From: Verrucomicrobiia bacterium
Lineage (GTDB): Bacteria; Verrucomicrobiota; Verrucomicrobiia; Palsa-1439
Direction: 5' to 3'
Length of the DNA stretch: 64,000 nucleotides
Assembly: GCA_035516795.1 (NCBI GenBank)
Contig: DATIZX010000076.1
Location: forward strand, 1,145-65,144
Under the pieces are notes generated by a model. The model saw nothing but the letters and a program-made list of their open reading frames with translations, ran no database searches and was not told where the DNA came from. The position numbers and the translations under genes were made by a program. Position 1 is the stretch's first letter. Each line of letters opens with the position of its first letter. Positions 10,526 to 21,062 of the stretch are shown here, in pieces.

Positions 10526-11617
10526 CTATTTTTCGGTCCTCTGATCCAATGCTTCGAGGAACCGCTGCCGGAAATGGGACTCTGTAAAGTAATTCAAAAA
10601 GCGCTTCTTGCCCGCACGCCCCATCTTCGTTCGCCGATCAGAATCGACGAACAAACCAGTGAGCGCATTCAACAAAGCCGTGCTATCACCCTCCTCGATG
10701 ATGAACCCCGTCTCAGCGTGGACGATTACTTCGTTAGCCGCGCCGTCCCCGCCGATGCAGGCTTTCCCGGCGCGCATCGCCTCCAAAAAAGCCAGGCCAA
10801 AACCTTCCAAACGGCTGCTCGGCATCACGTAAAGTGCACAGTCTTGATACATTTGTTGAAGTTGCCTGTCATCAATCCGGCCAAGAAACTCGACCGTATC
10901 GCCGAGCCCGAGGGCGGCAGCCTTGTGTTGCAGCCGCACACGGTCGTCTCCATCGCCTACGACCATCAAGCGCGCGGGCGGAAACCTCTGTATCACCTGC
11001 GGCCAAAGCTGGAGCAAAAGGTCATGTCCTTTGTGCCGTTCTGTCGAAGAAATGCGACTGACAATCAGTGCAAAGGGCTTCCGGTGGGCAGGAGATTCCG
11101 AAACACAATCCAAAGTGGGGACCCCCAATGGACAGATCACGATTTCTCGATCTGTAAACGCCGGGTTGACGGCCTTAAACTTCCGTATCGTAAATGACGT
11201 GTTGGCGATCAAAACGCTCGACCGACGCAAGGCGGCTGTCCTGACTCTGCTCAGCGGCACCCATCCCTCACTCCCGTGCAGAAATACAGCCAGTTCGGCG
11301 CCCCGCGCCACCAGCGGCAGGGCGACGGGAGCGAGGTGTAGGTGCATGGCCACAATGAGAGTGTGTTTGCTGAGACGCAAGCCTGTCTGCACACTCCACA
11401 TTGCGGGGATGGCCTTTCGTCCATACGCGTAACGCACCTTCCAGTTTTCCGAATGGAATCGGCTGCCGTTGCGAGCGGGCGACCCCAGATTCCACACTTC
11501 ACCTCCGCCATACTGAGATTGGAGGGCAGCGAATGCCATGCGCGACACAGCTCCGATCCCACCAACCTCGTGCAGGTCTGGGCAAAGCATCACGACGCGT
11601 TGCGGTCGGCTAGGCAT
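10526..11617 (-). CDS. Glycosyltransferase family 4
   Basis: GT4 C-terminal motifs (VVGDGDDRVRLQ..., LYVMPSSRLEGFGLAFLEAMRAGKACIG). The ORF track's N-terminal extension is Arg-rich and probably not translated; the start was set at MPSRPQRVVML. Confidence 0.75.
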   Translation of the reverse strand: MPSRPQRVVMLCPDLHEVGGIGAVSRMAFAALQSQYGGGEVWNLGSPARNGSRFHSENWKVRYAYGRKAIPAMWSVQTGLRLSKHTLIVAMHLHLAPVALPLVARGAELAVFLHGSEGWVPLSRVRTAALRRSSVLIANTSFTIRKFKAVNPAFTDREIVICPLGVPTLDCVSESPAHRKPFALIVSRISSTERHKGHDLLLQLWPQVIQRFPPARLMVVGDGDDRVRLQHKAAALGLGDTVEFLGRIDDRQLQQMYQDCALYVMPSSRLEGFGLAFLEAMRAGKACIGGDGAANEVIVHAETGFIIEEGDSTALLNALTGLFVDSDRRTKMGRAGKKRFLNYFTESHFRQRFLEALDQRTEK

Positions 11618-12806
11618 GGACCAACGACGGTTCTTGTTTCTGCACTCTGATGCTCTTATAGCGTGATGCCCATTCGGTCGCGATGCGTGGCCAGGTAAAA
11701 CCTTTGGCGACCAGCGTCTTCGCCGCGGCGCCTCGCGCAGATAATTCGGCGGGATCACGGGTGGCTTCGACGAGTTCCTTACCGAGGCTGACTACGTCGA
11801 GCTTGGTCACCCAGCCGGCTCGGGCGTTTTCGATTTGCGTTGCCAAACCCACCTGCTGGCTTAACAACACGGGCGTCCCGCAGGCCATCGCTTCTACCGC
11901 CCCAATGCCAAAGTTTTCCTGATGTGAACTTAGCACGAATAAATCGGCTTCCGCCAGGGCATCGAGTTTTGCCTGATCTGCAAGCCAGCCCGTCCAATGC
12001 ACGAACGAATGGGCGTTTGTGCCGTTCAGCAAGCTTTTCAAGTATTGGACGTAAGCGGCCTCTCCGTCGCCGGCAACCACGAGGTGCCAAGCCCGCAGTT
12101 GGCTTTCTCCCTTCAATTTTGCAAAGGCCTTCAGCAGAAGGTCGAGACCCTTTTTGGGATGGAGCCGTGAAAGTGTGAACAGGATTGGCGCCCCGTCGGG
12201 AATGCCGTGCGTCTTGCGAAACCGACCACTGTTCTGCACGGCCAGCAAAGACTCGTCGACTCCGTTCGGGATCACAATCCCACCGCGCAAGCCCAGCGAT
12301 TCTTCGGTCCACTTGCGTTCCTGCTCGGTGGTGTAATGGATCAGTCTGGCGCCACGGACAAGGTTGCGAAACACAAGACGCCAAGCGATCTGTTTGCGTA
12401 TCGGTTTTTGGGACATGCTCCAGGGCTCCAACGTCCCCAGCGGCCGGACAATATAAGGCCTACTACTTTCGTGACATGCCTGCGCGGCGGCATAAGTTGA
12501 GTACGAGAACACCGCGTGGATGTGTGCGACATCGTAGGCACCGATGTTCGCGTTTAGCCAATCTGCCATGGACCGGGAATATTTGAAGGCTTCGCTACAG
12601 TCGCGACGGAAGAAATGACAGCATACGTCCTGATACCTGACTGGTTTACCGAGTTTCACCGGCAAGCGCGCTTGGCCATTTGCATCCGTCGTGCAGATCT
12701 CCGCCTGTACGCCCCCATCTTGTAGCGCGCGACACAATTCTAGGACGACCTGACTCGGGCCGCCGTAACACGGGCCAACCGCCGGGATGACGTGAAGGAT
12801 TCTCAT
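11610..12806 (-). CDS. Glycosyltransferase family 4
   Basis: Reads MRILHVIPAVGPCYGGPSQVVLELCRAL...SSHQENFGIGAVEAMACGTPVL. The internal start has an ATGA overlap with the upstream gene. Confidence 0.75.
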   Translation of the reverse strand: MRILHVIPAVGPCYGGPSQVVLELCRALQDGGVQAEICTTDANGQARLPVKLGKPVRYQDVCCHFFRRDCSEAFKYSRSMADWLNANIGAYDVAHIHAVFSYSTYAAAQACHESSRPYIVRPLGTLEPWSMSQKPIRKQIAWRLVFRNLVRGARLIHYTTEQERKWTEESLGLRGGIVIPNGVDESLLAVQNSGRFRKTHGIPDGAPILFTLSRLHPKKGLDLLLKAFAKLKGESQLRAWHLVVAGDGEAAYVQYLKSLLNGTNAHSFVHWTGWLADQAKLDALAEADLFVLSSHQENFGIGAVEAMACGTPVLLSQQVGLATQIENARAGWVTKLDVVSLGKELVEATRDPAELSARGAAAKTLVAKGFTWPRIATEWASRYKSIRVQKQEPSLVHA

Positions 12807-14152
12807 GAATCGCTCGTATGGACCGTGGACAACAGGTTCGACTCGTCTTGCCTGTTGTCGAGAGCAGAGTTTACGAAAAGGTGCCGCAATCCGGCCGTCC
12901 AAGCCACGGCCAAAATGATACCAGGGGTGACGTCGATGAGCGATCCGCCGACCGTAAGCAACGGAATTCCAATCAATGCCCATCTCGCAAAAAGAAGTGG
13001 GGAGCCCCAGCGTAGTTCTTCGCCCGCACGACGGTCGGTATAGCCAACGACAATTCCCATCACGAACATTCCAAACAAAACCCCGTAGGTGCCAAAATTC
13101 GCGTAGAACTCAAAAATCAAGCCCATTCCAACGGAAGTCCCCTCGGCAAATTTCAATCCGGTATAGTGGCTTACAAAATCCATGCTCCCGGCTTGGATCG
13201 GCTTGTTCGGCCAGACAGCGCGCGGAATCAGGGCCAGCACGCTCATCCAAATCGTTTCGCCATTTCCGAAGGCCCTGGTGGCATCGAGATGCGAGATTTC
13301 TGCACCGACCAGCCAGTTGTAATTCAGCCTGTTATTTACCGCATTCAAATGCTGATCGTTGTGTAAATTGAACCACTCGAATCTCCCAAAAGTCCTCTTG
13401 GTTTGGTCCACCCGCTCTTCGAGTTTGCTGCCACCCCATACTACGTCGCGGATTTCATCGCGATCACGCATGTAGGTTACATACACCGACAGCCCCACAT
13501 AAATCAGCGGAAGAACCAAAAGGGTGGCCCACAAGCGCGGCCGATAAATGGCCACAAGAAAACAAAGCACAATGATTGCGTAGCCGACTCCAAACCCGAG
13601 AAAGCCCTGCAGCACCACAGTCAACAGCGGAAATATTGGGGTGACCGCCAGTAGAATCCACATTTGCCGACGGTTCTGCCGCAAATAGGCCTGCCATAGT
13701 CCAAATCCTAAGGCGACGAAAACGAAGCTTTGTCCGCTCGCAAAGAAGGCACTGAGTGTGGGGATCTTGGCGAGCCCGATTGCGCCGAATGCGAAGCAAC
13801 AAAGACCGATCGCCAAAAAGATACGGAAGATCCGCGAATCGTTCGCTGCCGGGACAGACTCCGAGGCGTGGTCGGGTCTTCGCGTGAGCAAGGGCGTAAC
13901 CCCGAAACAGCCGATGGCAAAAGCGACAATGCCAACGGTGCTCGTCTGGAAACCGGCTACCGTACTATTATACTCCGCCGGATAGTACCATGGCAGCAGG
14001 AGAATCATTCCGCTGAACCAGTGGAGCAACGACAGGTTTAGGAAAAAAGCCAGAGTAAATCCTGCCCCCGACCAGCGGCGCCCCATCGTCGTAGAATACG
14101 CGAGGGCGCCGACTACTCCCCAAATGAGAACGCAAAGGAAATTCAGATCCAT
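12803..14152 (-). CDS. O-antigen ligase/polymerase-like polytopic membrane protein (Wzy_C family)
   Basis: About 10-12 hydrophobic helices and a large periplasmic loop. It is the only such protein in the locus. No Wzx-like flippase is seen. Start set at MDLNFLCVLIW. Confidence 0.5.
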   Translation of the reverse strand: MDLNFLCVLIWGVVGALAYSTTMGRRWSGAGFTLAFFLNLSLLHWFSGMILLLPWYYPAEYNSTVAGFQTSTVGIVAFAIGCFGVTPLLTRRPDHASESVPAANDSRIFRIFLAIGLCCFAFGAIGLAKIPTLSAFFASGQSFVFVALGFGLWQAYLRQNRRQMWILLAVTPIFPLLTVVLQGFLGFGVGYAIIVLCFLVAIYRPRLWATLLVLPLIYVGLSVYVTYMRDRDEIRDVVWGGSKLEERVDQTKRTFGRFEWFNLHNDQHLNAVNNRLNYNWLVGAEISHLDATRAFGNGETIWMSVLALIPRAVWPNKPIQAGSMDFVSHYTGLKFAEGTSVGMGLIFEFYANFGTYGVLFGMFVMGIVVGYTDRRAGEELRWGSPLLFARWALIGIPLLTVGGSLIDVTPGIILAVAWTAGLRHLFVNSALDNRQDESNLLSTVHTSDS

Positions 14153-14219
14153 GATCGAAATTCGATTCGCGACGGTCGTGAATGCTGCGGCTGATAGAAC
14201 GACTGAACTTCGACGGAGC

Positions 14220-15413
14220 TCATGTTGAGCAGCATACCCCCTGTCGGGCCACCCGCTGCAAAAACGCGCTTTCGTGGTCGCGAGCAACGTCATCCCAGGT
14301 GCGGGGATGGAAATTGTGGACGATACTGGCGACCATTTTGGCCAACTCCTCTCGATACTGGTCGCACCATTCCAGCTTTTCGACAAACGCCGCCGGACAT
14401 CGAATAGGGAGAATCCATCCGGTTCCTCCTTCGTGAATCAAATCGGGAGCAGCGCAGTTGGACGTGGCCAGAATTGGTAATCCGTTGGCATGGGCCTGCG
14501 CCAAGACCATCGCGAAGCCATCCTCGATGGTGGGGAACACAAACAGGTCGCCCCAAGCGTAAATCTCACGCAGCTTCGCCTCGGGGACCGCTGGTTGGAC
14601 CTCCGTCCTCTTTCCGAGATCGTTGACCAAGGAAATCGCCGCGCTTTCTGTCGGACCGACCAATCTAATCTCAAACCTGCCCGCGGCCCGTCGGGTAATT
14701 TCAGCCAGGTCAAGCAGCCCCTTGCGAAATGACTTCGTTCCCACGAATAGCACCCGCAACTTGGCCCCATTGCAGATCCGAAACTGGCGTCCCGCGATTT
14801 CCTCCTTCGACGCGCGGAAGCTCTCCACGTCAACGCCCAACGGAATACAGAGAACCCTTTCCGCGAGCGATTGCGGGAAAGATGCGGCGGCGAAAGTTGA
14901 CTGAGTCACGATAACGTCTGCGAGTGAATACTCTCGTTCTTCCCGGTCGATCATCCATGGACTGGGTTTGTCGATCGGCACACCGGCACGCCGTTCTTCT
15001 TCCTGAAGCAGGCGCGCCTGTGTCCGGATATGTGTCGAACCTCGCGCGAGCCAGCAACTGATTCCCGAATATCTCAGCGCGCGAAACAGTTCCTCAGCAC
15101 CACCACTGTAGCAATATACGAAATCCCAACGCTGCCGCGCGACAGTTCGGGCTGCCCAGCGGCCAAAAGTCTCGTGCAACCAGCGTTCCGGATAGAATCC
15201 GTTGTGCCAGTTGCGGGCGACGCTGCAAAGCCGGGAAGTGATCCCATGAATCCCGAAAGCATCCACTCGATCCGCCGGGAAGCCAAAGCGGGGCACGAGC
15301 GTTCCCGGGTAATTTGTAAACAGGTGCACATCATGACCGCGCTCCAAGAGCGCCCTGGCCAACTGAAACGTGGTGAAGCGTCCGTGGCCCACAATGGCAA
15401 TCTTCAATTTCAT
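14220..15413 (-). CDS. Glycosyltransferase family 4
   Basis: Reads MKLKIAIVGHGRFTTFQ...FVFPTIEDGFAMVLAQAHANGLPILAT. The internal start gives an ATGA overlap with the upstream CgeB-like gene; the ORF track's 5' extension is an out-of-register overlap. Confidence 0.75.
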   Translation of the reverse strand: MKLKIAIVGHGRFTTFQLARALLERGHDVHLFTNYPGTLVPRFGFPADRVDAFGIHGITSRLCSVARNWHNGFYPERWLHETFGRWAARTVARQRWDFVYCYSGGAEELFRALRYSGISCWLARGSTHIRTQARLLQEEERRAGVPIDKPSPWMIDREEREYSLADVIVTQSTFAAASFPQSLAERVLCIPLGVDVESFRASKEEIAGRQFRICNGAKLRVLFVGTKSFRKGLLDLAEITRRAAGRFEIRLVGPTESAAISLVNDLGKRTEVQPAVPEAKLREIYAWGDLFVFPTIEDGFAMVLAQAHANGLPILATSNCAAPDLIHEGGTGWILPIRCPAAFVEKLEWCDQYREELAKMVASIVHNFHPRTWDDVARDHESAFLQRVARQGVCCST

Positions 15414-16432
15414 GCGGCAACTTGCTGGAGTATCGCTTCCAGACGGTCCCGATACGTATTGTGCCCACCGGTGATCACGCGATGAGCCGCTTCTCTTAGT
15501 CGCTGCCGGGCATCTTCGTGCGCCAATAACCAGCGGAGTTTTTCCACCATCTCCTCGCGCGTCCGAAAAAATGCCACCGCTTCGCCGTCGTCGCCAAAAA
15601 TCTCCCGATGTTCTTCTGTGTCTTCCGCCAGCAGACAGCCGGCCATCGCCGGCAGTTCGAAACTGCGCATGACATTCCCATCGCGGTTCGCGCGACGCAC
15701 CAAACAGAGCGAAACCCGGGCAGCGCTGACCGCCTTGCGGAGCGTTGAGGCGTCGGCCAGTCCGCGTGCCGCCGGCGCTGTTTGCGGGTATCGTTCCCAA
15801 TAACCACCATAGAGCGCCACGTCAAAGCCGGCCTGAATCAGTGCTTCCATGTACGGCACGCGATCGCGATCTGCCCCGCCAGCGAAGATGATATCGGAAG
15901 CCAGACGGATGCGTTCGCCGTCACTCGCTTGTTCCGGGAAGTGCAATTCCGACGCATAAGCGAACGGCAGATAACAGGCGCTCATGCATCCGAGCCGGCG
16001 CAGATCGCCGAGCGTCGCGCGCCGCGGTGAAAAAATGTAGTCATAATGCGGCGCGGCGCGCAAGAACCAGGGCGCTCGATGCGCCGGATTCCAAGGATCA
16101 TCCGTCAGATAGTTCAATCGCAGCACATCCATTTTCCCGATTTCCCTGAGCGCCGCTTCTTCAATCGGGGCAATGCCGGTGGCCAAAAGCCACGTGGGTC
16201 GATGATTCCGGCACGCCTCCAGTACCTTTGCGCTGAACGCTTCCAACCGCGTCGGCCTCCGTCCGCGCACCCACCAGTTGACCCGGTTGCGCCATAGAGC
16301 GCCTTCGTAGGCCTCGGTCAAATCGCACACCGCCGTTTGCAGGCCGAGCGTTTCCGCGGCATGCAAGAAGTGGGCTCCGATATGAATCGGGTCGGGATTG
16401 CCCACGAGTAGCAGAATATCCTTCATGCGCAT
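15410..16432 (-). CDS. CgeB-like glycosyltransferase (Glyco_trans_1_2 / DUF3880 family)
   Basis: C-terminal block (ELPAMAGCLLAEDTEEHREIFGDDGEAVAF...) resembles the CgeB family. Confidence 0.6.
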   Translation of the reverse strand: MRMKDILLLVGNPDPIHIGAHFLHAAETLGLQTAVCDLTEAYEGALWRNRVNWWVRGRRPTRLEAFSAKVLEACRNHRPTWLLATGIAPIEEAALREIGKMDVLRLNYLTDDPWNPAHRAPWFLRAAPHYDYIFSPRRATLGDLRRLGCMSACYLPFAYASELHFPEQASDGERIRLASDIIFAGGADRDRVPYMEALIQAGFDVALYGGYWERYPQTAPAARGLADASTLRKAVSAARVSLCLVRRANRDGNVMRSFELPAMAGCLLAEDTEEHREIFGDDGEAVAFFRTREEMVEKLRWLLAHEDARQRLREAAHRVITGGHNTYRDRLEAILQQVAA

Positions 16433-17628
16433 TGAACCATCGGTCGTGGATGAAGGGCGGCGCCGGAATAAGCCTGCGCGATTCCTTCTGCCGCTTTCTC
16501 AATGGTATAAGCGCCCACCTTCATTCGGCATTTCGCGCGTATTTCAGCCAAATTCATAAGTGGCAGAAATCCGGCGATGGCCGTGGCGAGCCCACTCGCT
16601 GAACCGCTTGGGAACATTCCGCCGGTCACCCCCGGCTCGATCAGGTCCGGAGCGCAGCCCACCGCATCCGAAACGATACAGGGCAGACCGTGATGCAACG
16701 CATCGTTGACCACCAACCCCCAGGTTTCCGAATTCAGGCTCGGTAACACCAACAAATCCGCAGCATGATAATATTGGCTCAGTTGCTTCTGGTTTTGGAA
16801 TCCGACGAAGCGCGTGCCAATGGCCGGTGGCTGGAGGGCCAATGTCTGAAGCCGCGGCTGAAGATTGCCGCTACCAACAAAAAGCACCACCACGCGATCG
16901 CGCATTGGGGCGGCCAAGAGCTTGATTGACTGCAGAAGCAAGTCGGGTCCCTTACGTTTGCTCAGCTTGCCCGAGAAAAGGATTACTGCTTTGTCCGTCG
17001 GAATATTCAGTGCCGCTCGCGTCGCGCCACGCAACCGGTCGCGAGCCGATTCGTCAGTCTGAAATGGCGTCGCGTCGACGCAGTAGGGAGAGAAGACGAG
17101 TTTGCTCTCCGGACAGCCAAGCCGCTCAAAATGCTGCTTCGATCTTTGACCGATGTACAGCAATCGTTGACAACGCGCGTAGAGCCACCGCAGCGCTTGG
17201 TCTCGCATCCAGACCTTGAGGCCGCCCGATCTTTGGTCACTATCATTTGTCTCCGCGCGGAACAAAATCGGATAGCCAGCGCGCCAGGCAGTCAAAAAAG
17301 CTCGGCGATGAAATCGTGGACTGTAGCCCACGATCAAAACCGCTTCGGGCGCAGCCTTCCGCAGAGCGTCTCGCAGTCCGCGCGTTGTCGCTTCGGTATC
17401 GCAGCGCGCCCCGCCTGCGGCACTGCGCGACAGGAAATGGGAAGTGTAGCCGGTAAGCAGGTCCGTATCCCAAGCGAACACCGCACCAAATTCGCCGTCG
17501 CGATAACCGGCCACACTGAAGTCCGAGCCGTAAATCGCCGTCACCGGAACGCCGAGATTCTGCTGCAAGGCGCGGTAAACCGGTGCGTGATATTGGATCG
17601 GATGAGTTTCGATTACGGCGAGCGACAT
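16423..17628 (-). CDS. Glycosyltransferase family 4
   Basis: Reads MSLAVIETHPIQYHAPVY...LVLPSLNSETWGLVVNDALHHGLPCIVSD. Confidence 0.75.
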   Translation of the reverse strand: MSLAVIETHPIQYHAPVYRALQQNLGVPVTAIYGSDFSVAGYRDGEFGAVFAWDTDLLTGYTSHFLSRSAAGGARCDTEATTRGLRDALRKAAPEAVLIVGYSPRFHRRAFLTAWRAGYPILFRAETNDSDQRSGGLKVWMRDQALRWLYARCQRLLYIGQRSKQHFERLGCPESKLVFSPYCVDATPFQTDESARDRLRGATRAALNIPTDKAVILFSGKLSKRKGPDLLLQSIKLLAAPMRDRVVVLFVGSGNLQPRLQTLALQPPAIGTRFVGFQNQKQLSQYYHAADLLVLPSLNSETWGLVVNDALHHGLPCIVSDAVGCAPDLIEPGVTGGMFPSGSASGLATAIAGFLPLMNLAEIRAKCRMKVGAYTIEKAAEGIAQAYSGAALHPRPMVQCA

Positions 17629-17636
17629 CGGACTGA

Positions 17637-18500
17637 TTACGCCAGCAATTCTGTAAGGACAGCCTTCTTTTCTTGAGGACACAGAAACAGCGTGCCCCAA
17701 ATTCCTGCCGGATCGGGATGTACCGCTTGCGGGGCGCTGACCCATTTGTGGTTATTTAATCGGAAGGCAGCATAATCGCCTTGCATGACGAGATTGCTGA
17801 TTGCGCGGTCCTCTTCCGGAGTGTGAGATTCAATCAGGAAATACGGTCGAGCCTGAACGCAGCGCTCGCACTTTTGCAGGGCAAATACGCCGCCACCTTC
17901 AATGTCCATTTTGATGAAGGACGGCTGCAGATCTGATCGTGGCCCAAAGAAGAAGTCGTCCAACGTCGTGCTGTCTACGGCGATCTTGCGGGCCTGTCCA
18001 CGTTCGCCAGCAGCCCAGGCTGCGTTCAGGGAAGAGACGTGGTGATGAAATCCAAGGAAGAACTCGACTGAGCCACATCTGTCGGAGCAAGCCAATGGTT
18101 CAAGATGGACGTTCGTGGCATTGTTCAACGCCATGGTATCCTCCAGATCCTCAAAAGTGTCTGGCGCTGCCTCGAAGGCATATACGTGCCCATTCGGCAC
18201 GCACCAACGCGAAAGCCAAAGGGAAAACAAGCCGATGTTTGCCCCGACGTCGCAGGCGATCGAATCTTGACGGAGAAGTCCTCCCTCCACCAGGGTTCTG
18301 GTCAAAAACCGGAAGTTTTCGGGCTCCCATAATCCCAGCATCGCGTGATAATTGATCCGTTCGTGATAACGCAGCTTGCAACCGCGCAAGAAACCAAACG
18401 GCACCGTGTAGATCTCTCCCTCCGCGTAACAGCGATGCAACAGGGCGCGGATCACCGCGGAGTTGATCTCGGCATTGCGAAGACGGTTCAGAAACTTCAT
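17637..18500 (-). CDS. FkbM-family methyltransferase
   Basis: Reads DVGANIGLFSLWLS...YAFEAAPDTFEDLE...IKMDIEGGG, the FkbM signature. Confidence 0.8.
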   Translation of the reverse strand: MKFLNRLRNAEINSAVIRALLHRCYAEGEIYTVPFGFLRGCKLRYHERINYHAMLGLWEPENFRFLTRTLVEGGLLRQDSIACDVGANIGLFSLWLSRWCVPNGHVYAFEAAPDTFEDLEDTMALNNATNVHLEPLACSDRCGSVEFFLGFHHHVSSLNAAWAAGERGQARKIAVDSTTLDDFFFGPRSDLQPSFIKMDIEGGGVFALQKCERCVQARPYFLIESHTPEEDRAISNLVMQGDYAAFRLNNHKWVSAPQAVHPDPAGIWGTLFLCPQEKKAVLTELLA

Positions 18501-18518
18501 AAACGGAATTGCCGCGGA

Positions 18519-19682
18519 TCAATTTGCAGTTTGGGGATTACCTAAAAGCGCCAAGATGCGCGCGAATTGCGTCTCATAATTCCACTCGGCCAGGATGCGT
18601 TGACGCCCACGTTCCCCCATCGCCCGCATTTCCGAAGGATGTTTCTGGAGCCAATCCAAAGCCGCAGCGATCGCCTTGGCGTCGTCCGGGTCAACCGCCA
18701 TGGCGTATCCGTTGTCGACATACAACGCCCGCCATTCGGGCAGGTCTGATACCAGCAAGGCCAACCCGCACGCCAGATAGTCGAACGGCTTGTTGGACGC
18801 CCCGGTCATGGATTGTTCGTTGAAATCGTCGCTGTGCCGAGGCATGAATGCCAGACCGACATCTCCAGTGTGGCAGTGGTCAAGCGAATTGCTGCGCGGG
18901 ACTGCGCCGATAAATTCCACCCGATTCACCACACCCAATTCTTCGGCCAACTTTCGCAATCGCCCGGTGTAACCTTGGTGCCCGGGGGTCTCGTACCCGA
19001 TAATCCGCAACCGAACTCGCTGCGCGAGAGACAACGCCTCAATCACGCTGGCGGGGAGTCGTGCGGGAACCAGCGAGCCGTGATAGACAATCCACAGATC
19101 TTTTCGCTCGTAGTGCGGATGCGGCTCTTGAACCTCGGTTTTCCGCGGGCAGTTCCAGACGCACTTCACTTGCGCCCCATCGCCGATATCCTGGCGAAAA
19201 CGCTCCGCGCGCTTTTCATTGGGCAGAATGCAAAAGGCCGCGCGCCGTGCGAGTTGACGGCGTGTCCACAAGATGATGCGCATGAAACAGGACCTCTCGT
19301 CCGGCCGGCCGTTCACAGGAGAGGGAGAATCGTGTTCGTGATAAATCACCCGAATTCCCGGCATGTAGCTCAACAATAATCCCGGCGGACAAGCAAACTT
19401 ATCAGACGCATAAATCCAGCTTGATCGCCAAAATAGACTGTGGAGCATGGCCCAGAAGACATATCGGGTGTAGTGAAGTTTTTGACGCCAGCCGGGACGA
19501 CAAAGCGGAAGTTGTCGAATCGCTATATTCGAGTGCCGGGGAAACTGCAATGAACCGATGTTTTCCATCTCGACCCCGAGAAACAGCACGCGCCACCCCG
19601 CATCTGCGAGAATTCGAGAGCTATGTTCGAGCGGCGGATACGCCGCCGGGTTGGTGTATTGGATGTAGGAGATGCGATGCAT
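18519..19682 (-). CDS. Glycosyltransferase family 4
   Basis: GT-B fold with a conserved C-terminal EX7E-like region. Confidence 0.72.
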   Translation of the reverse strand: MHRISYIQYTNPAAYPPLEHSSRILADAGWRVLFLGVEMENIGSLQFPRHSNIAIRQLPLCRPGWRQKLHYTRYVFWAMLHSLFWRSSWIYASDKFACPPGLLLSYMPGIRVIYHEHDSPSPVNGRPDERSCFMRIILWTRRQLARRAAFCILPNEKRAERFRQDIGDGAQVKCVWNCPRKTEVQEPHPHYERKDLWIVYHGSLVPARLPASVIEALSLAQRVRLRIIGYETPGHQGYTGRLRKLAEELGVVNRVEFIGAVPRSNSLDHCHTGDVGLAFMPRHSDDFNEQSMTGASNKPFDYLACGLALLVSDLPEWRALYVDNGYAMAVDPDDAKAIAAALDWLQKHPSEMRAMGERGRQRILAEWNYETQFARILALLGNPQTAN

Positions 19683-21062
19683 TCAACCGGTGTGGGTCGA
19701 GAACGCGGAGAGGGCTGATTTTGTGGATGACGCGTTCGATTTGAGCAGCGAAGCGTAAAGATCGAGCATCTCGCGGGCAATTTGTGCGCTGGTTCGAGGC
19801 GGACGTACTCCTGCCTTTAGCTTGGCCAGCAGAGTGCGGTCGGCTGCCAGCGCCTGCAACACGTCTACCCAAGACCGCGGAGCATCCGGCTCGATCAGCA
19901 GCCCGTTAACTTGGTGCTGAACAATTTCTGCAATGCCGCCGATATTCCAGCCAATGACCGGTGTACCGGCGGCAAAGGCCTCCAGCGCTACCAACGGACC
20001 CGTTTCCAACCATTGCGACGGGACAGCCAGAACGTCGTAGTCGCGCAATCGAATCACAACTTGACCCGTTGGAAGCGGTTCGCAGAAATTAATGCGTGGG
20101 TCCTCGTTGGCGAGCAACCGAACTCTTTGTGAATACTGTTTGTTCGCGGCGCTTTGCACCACCCCGTAAATATCGAGCTGGGCGTTCATGCTGGGTGCGG
20201 CACGCCAGGCTTGAATGAGGACATGGACACCTTTCGTTGGATCCAGCCGGCCAAAGAAAGCAACGCGCAACGGACCGCGAGGATCGCGCAAAGGAGCGGC
20301 AGGCTTCGTCCGAGCGCCTTCTGCGAGACGAATCCCGTGGCGACAGAGCGTTATTTTCTCCGCGGGAATATCATTCAGCAGCAGAAGGTCGCGCACCCAA
20401 CGGCAAACCGCGACGATTCGATCGGCCTCTGCGGAGAGAGAGCGAAACGTAGCCTGACGCAGCGCAACCAGCTCACTCATGCGCAAGGCTGTCCATATCC
20501 CTCCATGAAGTCCCGCATTTCCGAGGCTACGACCCACTGCAGGAGGAAGCGCACCCGCGAGCCATGCCGCCGGTTGATTCAGACCCAAGCCGTGCAAGGT
20601 GCACCCGGCGCACTCTCGCACGCTCATTTTTCCATCACAGAATTCCTTTCCCCACCGCAGCAATGTGCCCCGCTGACAGCTTACCGTAGGCGTATGATAG
20701 GTGAACACCACCGGCAGCCGGCGCTTTTTCGCCGCGCGTAGAAGACGGATCGATGCCCCTTGGGTAAACGCATGCAAATGCAGCAGATCCGCCTTTTCGT
20801 CGTCCAGAATCTCCTCAAATTCAGCAGCGGCATGGGGGTCGCCTTCGCCGTAGAGTTGGCGAAGATCAACGCTGCCGCCGCAGACGGCGAACCGCCGGAC
20901 GCGCAGTCCATTCAGAGAGTGGCTCCCGGAAACCGTGGCCGGTGCGGCCACCACCGTCTCGACGCCCATTTCGAGAAGGTCGCGGGCCAAACCGTCCACA
21001 TAAACTTCGGTGCCGCCCATGGAGTCCGGCGCGAAACAGAAAGGAACATGGATAATTTTCAC
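19683..21062 (-). CDS. Glycosyltransferase family 4
   Basis: Reads MKIIHVPFCFAPDSMGGTEVYVDGLARDL and has a GT4 C-terminal domain. Confidence 0.75.
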   Translation of the reverse strand: MKIIHVPFCFAPDSMGGTEVYVDGLARDLLEMGVETVVAAPATVSGSHSLNGLRVRRFAVCGGSVDLRQLYGEGDPHAAAEFEEILDDEKADLLHLHAFTQGASIRLLRAAKKRRLPVVFTYHTPTVSCQRGTLLRWGKEFCDGKMSVRECAGCTLHGLGLNQPAAWLAGALPPAVGRSLGNAGLHGGIWTALRMSELVALRQATFRSLSAEADRIVAVCRWVRDLLLLNDIPAEKITLCRHGIRLAEGARTKPAAPLRDPRGPLRVAFFGRLDPTKGVHVLIQAWRAAPSMNAQLDIYGVVQSAANKQYSQRVRLLANEDPRINFCEPLPTGQVVIRLRDYDVLAVPSQWLETGPLVALEAFAAGTPVIGWNIGGIAEIVQHQVNGLLIEPDAPRSWVDVLQALAADRTLLAKLKAGVRPPRTSAQIAREMLDLYASLLKSNASSTKSALSAFSTHTG